Source: Candidatus Eiseniibacteriota bacterium
Lineage (GTDB): Bacteria > Eisenbacteria > RBG-16-71-46
Direction: 5' to 3'
Length of the DNA stretch: 64,000 nt
Assembly: GCA_038231135.1 (NCBI GenBank)
Contig: JBBRLX010000002.1
Location: 64,001-128,000, forward strand
Of the stretch, positions 51,222-59,608 are shown one piece after another (the first letter of the stretch is position 1; every line of letters begins with the position of its first letter). The notes beneath the pieces were generated by a model. That model was not told where the DNA came from. It searched no databases and saw nothing but the letters and a program-made list of their open reading frames with translations. A program made the translations under genes and the position numbers.

Positions 51222-51611
51222 ATGAAGCGCACTCTGGGTATCACGTTGAGCGCACTGTCGCTCGTGCTCGTCGCGTCGGCCGCGTTCGCGGACGACGCCC
51301 CGGCGACGCCGGCGACCAGCGCCCCGGCGCAGGCCACGACGGACAACACCACGAAGACCGAGACCACAACCAAGACCGAGACCACCAAGAAGACGATGCA
51401 CCACAAGAGCTCCGCAATGTCCAAGCACGCGAAGGTGGATCTCAACTCGGCGTCGAAGGAAGACCTCGCCAAGCTGCCGGGCGTCGGCGACGACGGCGCG
51501 GACAAGATCATCGCGGCGCGTCCGTTCAAGACGCGCGCGGAGCTGCTGTCGAAGAAGGTCGTGACCCGCTCGGAGTACAAGAAGATCCACGGCTGGGTGA
51601 GCGCGAAGTAA
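51222..51611 (+). CDS. Second secreted helix-hairpin-helix (ComEA-like) DNA-binding protein
   Basis: AGGAG RBS; signal peptide ending AFA; Thr-rich linker; VDLNSASKEDLAKLPGVGDDGADKIIAARPF. Confidence 0.88.
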   Translation: MKRTLGITLSALSLVLVASAAFADDAPATPATSAPAQATTDNTTKTETTTKTETTKKTMHHKSSAMSKHAKVDLNSASKEDLAKLPGVGDDGADKIIAARPFKTRAELLSKKVVTRSEYKKIHGWVSAK

Positions 51612-51696
51612 CGAACACGCTGGCGCCGCGTGCGCCGGTTCCACGGCCGCTGACAGCGGTCGTAAGGAACCCGGAGTTCGAGCGCCGGACTGGATT

Positions 51697-51918
51697 GCAC
51701 GCTCCGTATACCGACTTCGTGGTGACGAGGGGTCCCGCGAGGCACGGGTATGGAGCGTGCGTAAGCTGAAAAAATAGCACGCTCCGGCATACCGGCTTCG
51801 TGGTGACGAGGGGTCCCGTGGAGTACGGGTACGGAGCGTGCGTGAGTTGGGAATGCACGTTTTGTCCTACCGGTTTCGTGGTGACGAGGGGTCCCGCGGG
51901 GCAGGAGACAGAGCGTGC
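51697..51918 (+). repeat. Three tandem ~64-nt structured repeats with an invariant 22-nt core
   Basis: Units 51697-51760, 51777-51841, 51855-51918; core ttcgtggtgacgaggggtcccg at 51716, 51797, 51875; each unit bounded by gcacg...cgtgc inverted arms; U6 at 51925-51930. Confidence 0.9.
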
Positions 51919-51947
51919 TTCCCGTTTTTTGGGCGTGGCGCCGGCCG

Positions 51948-54002
51948 CTACTTCAGCAGCTCGACCTTCGTGATGCGGTCGCCCTGGACGATCGCGCGCA
52001 CCACGTCCATGCCGCGCGTCACACGCGCGAAGATCGTGTACTTGCCGTTCAGGTGCGGCTGGGGCGAGTGGGTGATGAACCACTGGCTGCCGCCGGTGTC
52101 CTTGCCCGACAGCGCCATGCCGACCATGCCGGGCTCGTACCGCAGCCGGTTGTACTCGCAGCGGATCGTGTAGCCCGGCCCCCCGGACCCCGTGCCGGTG
52201 GGGTCGCCGTCCTGGATCACGAAGTTCGGCACCACGCGATGGACCGCCCGGCCGTCGAAATAGCCGCGCGCGGCGAGCCGGGCGAAGTTCTTGACCGTCT
52301 GCACCGCCGCGTCGCGGGCGAACGCCCACTCGATGTCGCCCTTCGTGGTGTGGAGCACGGCCCCCCGCCACGGGGACGGGTCCTCGAACCCGGCGTCATA
52401 GCTGGCGGCGGGCGGCGGCGCGGGATGCGCGTGCTCGACGCTGTCGGCGAATGCCGCGCCCGCGAGCTGCTTGAGCGCGTCGCGGATCGCGATGCGGGCA
52501 TCGGCGTCGGGATCGTGCACGTGCGCCTCGTAAACGCGGGCGAGGTCCGGAATCACCGCCTTGTCGCCGATCTCGCCGAGCGCCGACGCCGCGGATGCGG
52601 CATAGAGCACCGAGCTGTCGGCGAGGCCCGCCCGCAACGTGGGCAGGGCGTCCGCGGCCTTGAGCGTGCCGAGCGCCTCGGCGGCGGTCATGCGTTCGAA
52701 CAGCGGCCGCCCGGGCGCCGTGCGCTCGAGCAGCAGCGGCGTCGCGCGGGCGGCCGGCAGCTGGCCCAGCGCCTGGAGCACTGCGACGCGGGTGTAGATC
52801 GACGGATCGTCGAGCAGCGGCTTGACCGCCGAGATGGCGATGACGCCGGCATGCCCGATCAGTGCGCGCGCCACCGCGCCGCGCGTGGCGGCGTCGGGAT
52901 CGGCGAGCCGGCCGGCGAGTGAATCCACCGCGGCCCCGCGCAGCGTGGTGTCGGCCGCCGTCCACACGAACCGCGCCGCCAGCACCCCCGCCGCCGTGAC
53001 CCGGACATGGGGATCCGCGTGGCCGAGCGCCTTCACCAGGTCGGGCAGGCACGCCTCGCAGGTGGAATCGCCGATCAGCTCGAGCCCGCGCAGCGCGTTC
53101 ACCACCACCGCCGATTCCCTGTCGTCCAGCATCGCGAGCAGGGCCGCGGTGCCGCGCGGAGACTTCTCGCGGCCGATCGTGCGCGCTGCATAGGCGCGCG
53201 ACAGCCAGTCTGCGTCGCGGGTGTGCGTCATCATCGCCGGGACCACCCGATCGGGTGCCGGAATCTTCTCCAGCGCGAACAGCACGCGCCAGCGCACCCC
53301 GGCGTCGGGATCGCGGTGGTGCGCGAGCAGCGCGTCGAGCGCCGTGGAATCGGCCAGCCGCCACAGCGCCACCGCCGCCTCGCCGCGCAGCGCCGCCGAG
53401 CGGTCGCCGAGGAACGCGGCCACGCCCCGGGTGGCGGCGTGGTCCCCGAGCTTGCCGAGTGCTTCGATTGCGAGCTGCCGCAGCGCGGGCGTTCCGGTGG
53501 CCAGCACGGCTTCGAGCGCGGGGCGAGCCGAGCGCTGGCCGATCTGGCCGAGCGCGAACACCGCCTCCTCCCGCACCGCCGGCGTCGGGTCGCGCAGCAA
53601 CGGCAGCAGGCCGGTCACCGATGTCGAATCCTGCAGCCGTCCCACCGCGAGTGCGGCGCGGGCGCGCACCACGGCGTCCCTGGCGCGGAGCTCGGGCGCG
53701 AGCACTTCGGTCCATGGCCGGCGCTGATCCTCGGCGATCGCGATCGCGCGCCACGCCGCCGCCCGGGCCGTGGTAGCGGCCGTCCGGGCGCGGGCCGCCG
53801 CGGGATGCGTGGCGGCCGGCCGAGTGGACGCGGTGGTGGCCCGGCGGGCAGGCGCGGCGGCGGCACCGGCGGTCCTGGTGGCCGCGGACGTACCCGACGC
53901 CCCAGCGGCACCCGCGGCCGTCACGGATCCCGGCAACCCCGCCACGCACAGCGCCACGGCGACCAGCCCGGCTGCGAGTTCCGCGCGGCCGCGCGTGCTC
54001 AC
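51948..54002 (-). CDS. Secreted HEAT-repeat protein with C-terminal cyclophilin-type PPIase
   Basis: GTG start overlaps upstream stop (GTGA); VRxxAxxALG HEAT repeats; HRVVPNFVIQDGDPTGTGSGGPG, DTGGSQWFI, HLNGKYTIF. Confidence 0.88.
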   Translation of the reverse strand: MSTRGRAELAAGLVAVALCVAGLPGSVTAAGAAGASGTSAATRTAGAAAAPARRATTASTRPAATHPAAARARTAATTARAAAWRAIAIAEDQRRPWTEVLAPELRARDAVVRARAALAVGRLQDSTSVTGLLPLLRDPTPAVREEAVFALGQIGQRSARPALEAVLATGTPALRQLAIEALGKLGDHAATRGVAAFLGDRSAALRGEAAVALWRLADSTALDALLAHHRDPDAGVRWRVLFALEKIPAPDRVVPAMMTHTRDADWLSRAYAARTIGREKSPRGTAALLAMLDDRESAVVVNALRGLELIGDSTCEACLPDLVKALGHADPHVRVTAAGVLAARFVWTAADTTLRGAAVDSLAGRLADPDAATRGAVARALIGHAGVIAISAVKPLLDDPSIYTRVAVLQALGQLPAARATPLLLERTAPGRPLFERMTAAEALGTLKAADALPTLRAGLADSSVLYAASAASALGEIGDKAVIPDLARVYEAHVHDPDADARIAIRDALKQLAGAAFADSVEHAHPAPPPAASYDAGFEDPSPWRGAVLHTTKGDIEWAFARDAAVQTVKNFARLAARGYFDGRAVHRVVPNFVIQDGDPTGTGSGGPGYTIRCEYNRLRYEPGMVGMALSGKDTGGSQWFITHSPQPHLNGKYTIFARVTRGMDVVRAIVQGDRITKVELLK

Positions 54003-57000
54003 GGAGTGCTCGAAGCGTCCGGTTCGATGGCGTGGTGCGGCTTGCGGAGTTTCACGAGCCGGCCCTGCTCCACCACGTTTCCGGATCCGCTCTTGGCCAT
54101 CAGCTTGTAGAAGTAGATGCCGTTCGCGATCTTCTGGCCCTCGGCGTCGCGGCCGTCCCACGGGATCTGGTGGTAGCCGGGCTCGAGACCCCGTTCCGAA
54201 TGTTCGTAGATCAGGCGCCCCGCGATCGTGAACACGCGCACCAGCAGATCGAACGGCTGGGAGCCCGTGAACTCGAACGAGAAGCGCGTGCCCAGGTCGT
54301 CGTCGAACGGATTCGGGAACGCCATCAGATTCTGCAGCCGGGCGTGATCGGAGACCACGAAGTGGTATTCCGAGATCAGGTTCGCGCCGAGGCTGACCTT
54401 GAGGTCGTAGTCGCCCGCGGCGTAGGGCGCGTGCGTCCAGGCCAGCAGCCACTCGCGGCGCGTGGTGTCCTGCTGGAACGGTTGTGCCGTGAACGTGAGC
54501 GGCACGCCGTTCAGCAGGAGCTGGATGTCGGTGACGGGGTCGATCGGGCTCGGCGACAGCAGCTCGAGCGACAGGTTGGCGTCGCTGCGCACGGCATCGC
54601 CCGACCGGATCGCGACGTTTTCCGACCGCAGCACGGTCCCCAGCTCGAACACGATCGCGAACGCGGTCGGCAGGCCGTTCCGATCGGTGGTGCGGATCAC
54701 GTAGCGATAGGACCCGGCACTGAGACCGGCCTGATAGCTCAGGTGGTAGCGGCGGCCGCCCTGCACGGTGTCCGGAAACGCGGGCGTCACCGTGTAGGCC
54801 GCGGCCGGGATCAGGTGGGTGCCGGTGCCATCCTGCAGCTCGAGCGTGAGAGTCTTCAGCTCGACGTTCGACACCACGTCGGCCTCGATCCGCAGCGTGT
54901 CGCCGGACGACGCCAGCCGCACCGGCTCGCCGTTCGTGACCGGCACGCCGTTCGCCGTCACCAGCACCTCCGGCGAGCCGATCGAGATGCGCGTGGCCGG
55001 GTCGCCGAGCAGGGCGTACGTGTAGCCGACGAGCTGCTCGTACACGTTGCCCGCCTCCTCGGAGTAGGTGTCCTCGAGCGCCAGCGCGACGGCCTCTCCG
55101 AGCACGACGCGGGCGCCGTGCTCGCCGACGCCGGGATCGAGCGCCGGGTTCGCGAACAGGTGGTTCGCGAACCGGGTGTTGAGGTGCGGGCTGCCATCGT
55201 TGGCCGGCAGGATCTCGAATCCGACCGAGGCCCACGACGCGATCGAGCCGCGATTCGGCAGCATCACCATGTCCTCGCCCAGCGACGGGCCGATGTTGTC
55301 CTTGTTCTCGTGCCACGCCGCGAAGCCGTTTGGATGGCACGAGAACGCGGTGAACAGGAACGGCTTGTCGACGTTGGTGAACAGCTCCTTGTCGTCGTTC
55401 ACGCCGCGGTTCACGTACAGGTCCTCGTGCGCGAGCACGTACTGGTTCGCGTGGCCCTGGTAGTTCCACCACATCCGGCCCTCGTTCAGCCGCTGGAAGA
55501 TCAGCGGCGTCACCGTGGCGTGGCTGCGGCGCTGCGTGTCGGTCCAGCTCACGCGGCAGGTGTCGCCCTGGAAGTCGAGCGTGTAGGGCTCGTTGCGCAG
55601 GTAGTAGGTGACGTCGAACACCTCGACGTTCATGTCGCGCAACCCCGCGTGGTCAATGATGATCGAACGACAGGAGTCGCTGAGCGCCTTGAACACCAGC
55701 TCGTAGGTCTTCTCGCAATACTGGGTCGTGCTGCCGCCGAAGCCGTCGAACGTCGTGGTCGAGTACTTGTCGTCGGCGAGCAGCAGCACGTCCTTGCGCC
55801 AGGTCTGGTCGGGCGTGAGGTTCTCGTACTTGACCAGTTTGCCGACGACCGCCGTCAGGTCGTCGTGCGAGTCGGCCGGGATGCGGCCCAGGAAGATGCT
55901 GGGCAGGCTCGGCGTCTCGAAGCTCACGAGCCAGTTGTCGCACGGCACGATCTCGCGGGCATCGCCCGAGAACACCGGACCGAACAGCTTGTACGTGGGC
56001 ACGTAGTCGGTGCCCGACAACCCGTCGTAGTTCAGCGGGTCCTCGCTCGCGTCGCCGAGCAGGATCGCGAACTCCGAGTTCCACGCGTTGAACGCGTACT
56101 CGAAGAACCGCCGCAGCGCATACGGCGAGCGGCGGCCGCCGTTGAATTCGTCGTCCACCGCCTCGAGCGGCGCCACCAGCACCTTGTAGCCCTGCGCGCG
56201 GCGCATGTCGGCCAGCGTGTTCGCCGCGTCCAGCCACGCCTCGGGCACGACGATCAGGTAGTTGGGGCTCGTGGCGCCGGCGAGGTTGCGCCGGATCACC
56301 GCCGTGATGCGTTCCGGAGCCAGCACCTTGGGCGTGTCGTACACGACGTAGCTGCGCTTCTCGCCGCCGCTCGAGTCCTGGAATGCGAGCGTGTACTCCG
56401 CGCCGTCGAACGTGATGTGCGACGGATCCACGTCGAGCCGCACCGGGTTCAGCGAATCGGTGACGTCGTAGGCCCGGAGGCCGCCGGCGACGAACCCCGA
56501 GGCCTGCACTTCGTACGCGCCCGCGGCGTTGCCGTTCGTGCACGACAGCACGCCCCCGATGGCCCGGTAGTAGCGCCAGTAGGTCAGCTGGAACCAGTCG
56601 AGCGATGCATATGACAGCAGGTTGGCCCCCGAGCGCCCCCAGGTCTTGAACACGTTCGTCGGGCCCTCGGTGAGCGCGGAGCCGTGCAGCGTCGCTGTGG
56701 CGCGGAAGTCCTGGTAGCCGAACCACCGCGCCGAGTCGGCGATCGAAGTCGTGGCCCCGCGGAAATTGCGCACGTCGGCCCACACCGCATGGTTCGAGTT
56801 CTGGCTGCCCCCCCAGTTCACGACAAACTGCACCTGCTTCGTGGTGTCGAGGTCGTCGGTCTCGAACGGGAACGAATCGCGCCGCGAATAGAACAGCACG
56901 TCGGACCAGTGGAACTGGTCGGTGTTCGTGTCGGGCGGGAACCGCGTGTACTGGACGTTCTGTTCGAACTTCTGGAGGAACGGATACGAGAACAGCACCG

Positions 57001-58147
57001 GCGGGCCCGAGAGATTGCGCCAGCCCGGCCGCGACGCCATCCGCAGCGCCGGCCGGTCGGTGATGTACGTGGCGTACAGCACGTCGCCCTCGCCCCACTG
57101 GCGCTGCCAGAAGTTCACCCGCGAGCGCTGGGCCCAGCTCTGCACGAATGCCAGGATGCGGTCGCCGGCGTCGAACACGCCGTTCGCGTTTGCGTCGTCG
57201 AGTTCGATCGGCAGCTCGATCGTGGCGTACGCCGGATCCGCGTGTTCGATGAACTCGTGACGATGGACGCTCACCTGCCCCACCGGAACGCCCGCGGGGA
57301 ACCCGCTGGCGGCGAGATCCTCGAATCGGAACGCGTAGACGCCCGAGGTGTCGGTCAGCAGCCGGACTTCGGTGTGGGTCTCGTCGAACCCGGTGACGCG
57401 GGCGGCGCCGAGCGCCCCCGTACGGCGGCCCGCGGCGTCGTCGAACAGCGACGAGCGGCCGGAACGCAGCGGCTGCGCGCGCGCGCGCCAGGCACGGGAG
57501 TCGCGGAAATTGAGCACCGCGGTCTCGAGCACCGGATCCCAGTGCGCGTCCGGCGACGACACGCCGTCGGTCACCCGGCCACCCACGAAATCCACGCGCA
57601 CCGTCATGCTGCGGTGCACGGTGAGCCGGCCCAGGCTCTCGTCGTAACGGAACGGGTGCACGTGCACGGCCACGAGCCGCTGGCGGCGCAGCACGTAGGG
57701 AGTCGACGCATCCGCGGCCTGCGCGGGCCACGGCCCGTCGCGAATCGGATCGACCGGCTCGATCACCGGGATCTGATCCGCGCTGCCCGGGTCGCCTTTT
57801 AGCGCCGGGCGGCCATTCGGGGCGAGCCGCACGTCCTTCGACTCCTCTGCCGACGTTCCCAGCACGCGCACGACCGCGCGCGCTCCCGGCGGCAGCGCCA
57901 GCGTGACGGATGCGAACGGCAGCGCCGGCCGGCCGGGGGTGCGGTCGGCGCCGCCGAGCACCGCGTGGAGTAGGCTGCGGGCCTCGGCCGCGGGTTCAAG
58001 GTCGTAGCCCGGGACCTCGAGCTGCAGCGTGACCCCGGTGGCATCCGAGCGGACGAGGCGAAGCGGCCCGGCGAGCGAGGGCCCGGCGAGGGCGATGGAC
58101 GCAAGGAACGCGGCGAATGTGCCGAAAAGGCGGGAATGAAGGGTCAT
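53999..58147 (-). CDS. C25-family cysteine peptidase (gingipain/PorU-like) with propeptide and FlgD/T9SS-like C-terminal domain
   Basis: Signal peptide; PGRPALP propeptide; YLIVVP, ILLGDA, LGRIP, catalytic NYQGHA and AFSCH, LLGDPA; C-terminal AFPNPF...WDGRD...NGIYFYK. Confidence 0.88.
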   Translation of the reverse strand: MTLHSRLFGTFAAFLASIALAGPSLAGPLRLVRSDATGVTLQLEVPGYDLEPAAEARSLLHAVLGGADRTPGRPALPFASVTLALPPGARAVVRVLGTSAEESKDVRLAPNGRPALKGDPGSADQIPVIEPVDPIRDGPWPAQAADASTPYVLRRQRLVAVHVHPFRYDESLGRLTVHRSMTVRVDFVGGRVTDGVSSPDAHWDPVLETAVLNFRDSRAWRARAQPLRSGRSSLFDDAAGRRTGALGAARVTGFDETHTEVRLLTDTSGVYAFRFEDLAASGFPAGVPVGQVSVHRHEFIEHADPAYATIELPIELDDANANGVFDAGDRILAFVQSWAQRSRVNFWQRQWGEGDVLYATYITDRPALRMASRPGWRNLSGPPVLFSYPFLQKFEQNVQYTRFPPDTNTDQFHWSDVLFYSRRDSFPFETDDLDTTKQVQFVVNWGGSQNSNHAVWADVRNFRGATTSIADSARWFGYQDFRATATLHGSALTEGPTNVFKTWGRSGANLLSYASLDWFQLTYWRYYRAIGGVLSCTNGNAAGAYEVQASGFVAGGLRAYDVTDSLNPVRLDVDPSHITFDGAEYTLAFQDSSGGEKRSYVVYDTPKVLAPERITAVIRRNLAGATSPNYLIVVPEAWLDAANTLADMRRAQGYKVLVAPLEAVDDEFNGGRRSPYALRRFFEYAFNAWNSEFAILLGDASEDPLNYDGLSGTDYVPTYKLFGPVFSGDAREIVPCDNWLVSFETPSLPSIFLGRIPADSHDDLTAVVGKLVKYENLTPDQTWRKDVLLLADDKYSTTTFDGFGGSTTQYCEKTYELVFKALSDSCRSIIIDHAGLRDMNVEVFDVTYYLRNEPYTLDFQGDTCRVSWTDTQRRSHATVTPLIFQRLNEGRMWWNYQGHANQYVLAHEDLYVNRGVNDDKELFTNVDKPFLFTAFSCHPNGFAAWHENKDNIGPSLGEDMVMLPNRGSIASWASVGFEILPANDGSPHLNTRFANHLFANPALDPGVGEHGARVVLGEAVALALEDTYSEEAGNVYEQLVGYTYALLGDPATRISIGSPEVLVTANGVPVTNGEPVRLASSGDTLRIEADVVSNVELKTLTLELQDGTGTHLIPAAAYTVTPAFPDTVQGGRRYHLSYQAGLSAGSYRYVIRTTDRNGLPTAFAIVFELGTVLRSENVAIRSGDAVRSDANLSLELLSPSPIDPVTDIQLLLNGVPLTFTAQPFQQDTTRREWLLAWTHAPYAAGDYDLKVSLGANLISEYHFVVSDHARLQNLMAFPNPFDDDLGTRFSFEFTGSQPFDLLVRVFTIAGRLIYEHSERGLEPGYHQIPWDGRDAEGQKIANGIYFYKLMAKSGSGNVVEQGRLVKLRKPHHAIEPDASSTP

Positions 58148-58162
58148 GAACGTCCGGAGTGT

Positions 58163-59509
58163 ATGAAGGTGCGTGAGAAGCGGTCAAACATGGGGGTGGT
58201 GCTGTTGGTTTCGGCTCTCGGGGCCCTGCCCTTGAAGGCCCTGGCGGCGCCGCCCGACACCGTACTCGCCACGGTCGGCCCCAGCGCCATCACCGCCGCC
58301 GAATTCCGGCACGCCTGGCAGGAAACCCACCCGGACCGGTCTCACGAACGCCTTACCCCGCAGGCGGTCCGGGGGTTTCTCGAAGTTCTGGTCGACCGGG
58401 CCCTGATCCGCGCCGCCGCGGCCCGCAACCCGTCGCCGTGGACCGCGGCGGACAGCGCCGCCTTTGCCGCCGACGAGGACCGCATGGTGCTGGGCGGGGC
58501 GCTGCGACAACTGCTGGCCGGGACGCGCGCCGCGGCCCGGGACACCGCCATGGACGAAGGCGCGCTCGGCGTGCTCGCCCGCGAGCAGGTCATGGCGGTG
58601 CTGGCTCCGGTCTACGACGAACCGTTGCTCGCGCGCATCGCGCGGTCGTTCCGCGGCCTGCCGCGGCCGGCGCCCAATGCGTCGCTCGCCGCCCAGCTCC
58701 GGATGCTGTCGGCGCTGCCGGTATTCGACCCCACCGACCGCGATGCCACGCTGGCGCGCACCACGGGCGCGGGCGCCTATACCGTCCGGGACCTCGAGCG
58801 CCAGTGGGCGGGGCTGTCGCCGGCCTACCGGCCCCGGGTGGTGGCGGCGGAGCAGGTGCGCGATCTGGTCGCGAACGGGCTGTTCGAACGCTGGCTGCGC
58901 CGCACCGCGCGCGAGCAGCACGCCGCCCAGGCCCCCGCGGTCCTCGCGGAGCTCGAGCGGGAGCGCGAGGCGATCGCGATCGACCACCTGATGGCGCGCG
59001 AGATCCACGAGCGCATCGTTCCCGACACCGCGGCGGTCGAGCGCTGGTTCCTGAGCCGGGCGACCCGCTGGACGCTGCCGAAGCGCTACCTCGTCACCCG
59101 GCTGGTGATCGGCGACCGGCGCGCGGCGTTGGGCATGTCGAACACGCTCAGGGACGCCGCCGCCGCCGAGAGCCTGGTGGCCCGGGCGCAACGGCGCGGT
59201 GTGCGCTATCGCGGCGAGATCTCCGCCCTCACCGATTCGGCGGACTTCGAGCGCGCCCGGCGCACGCGCGTGGGTGCCGTGACCGGTCCCGATTCGACCG
59301 CCGACGGCTGGGCGGTGTTGCGGGTCGACGCCGTGCTGCCGGCCCGGCGCCGGACCTGGGCCGAAGCGCGCGACGACGCGATGGGGGCGTGGTACGCCGA
59401 ACGCAGCGCCGAACGTCTGGAGGCCCTGCTGGCCCGGGAGCGGCGCACCACGCGGATCCGCAGGCCCCCGCTGCCGGCGGCGCTGAGCGCCGGACTCACC
59501 GAGCCCTGA
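58163..59509 (+). CDS. Secreted SurA/PpiC-like foldase, degenerate parvulin
   Basis: Signal peptide; DTVLATVG..IT..EF; VTGP..T.DGWAVLRV; paralogous to the next gene; start uncertain (58163 or 58190). Confidence 0.65.
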   Translation: MKVREKRSNMGVVLLVSALGALPLKALAAPPDTVLATVGPSAITAAEFRHAWQETHPDRSHERLTPQAVRGFLEVLVDRALIRAAAARNPSPWTAADSAAFAADEDRMVLGGALRQLLAGTRAAARDTAMDEGALGVLAREQVMAVLAPVYDEPLLARIARSFRGLPRPAPNASLAAQLRMLSALPVFDPTDRDATLARTTGAGAYTVRDLERQWAGLSPAYRPRVVAAEQVRDLVANGLFERWLRRTAREQHAAQAPAVLAELEREREAIAIDHLMAREIHERIVPDTAAVERWFLSRATRWTLPKRYLVTRLVIGDRRAALGMSNTLRDAAAAESLVARAQRRGVRYRGEISALTDSADFERARRTRVGAVTGPDSTADGWAVLRVDAVLPARRRTWAEARDDAMGAWYAERSAERLEALLARERRTTRIRRPPLPAALSAGLTEP

Positions 59510-59608
59510 GGGCCTTGACGCTGATTTCGTGCGCCTTCTAGACTCGCTGGCCTCACCTCCCCCCATACTCCCGCAACCCATGAAGGCGCCGTGCGCCCTG
59601 GAGACTCG

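Noticed and set aside
51697..51918. CRISPR mini-array interpretation of the three repeats
   Set aside because: The inter-core segments are homologous to each other and form the closing stems, so they are not unique spacers; no cas genes are present
51697..51918. Hammerhead or HDV-like ribozyme, or integron attC
   Set aside because: No CUGANGA/GAAA core; the HDV-like L3 loop appears in only one unit on the minus strand; no RYYYAAC/GTTRRRY ends or integrase
51948..55472. 1174-aa ORF as a single fusion protein
   Set aside because: The part upstream of 54002 is an alternate frame of the C25 gene; the GTGA overlap and signal peptide define the true start
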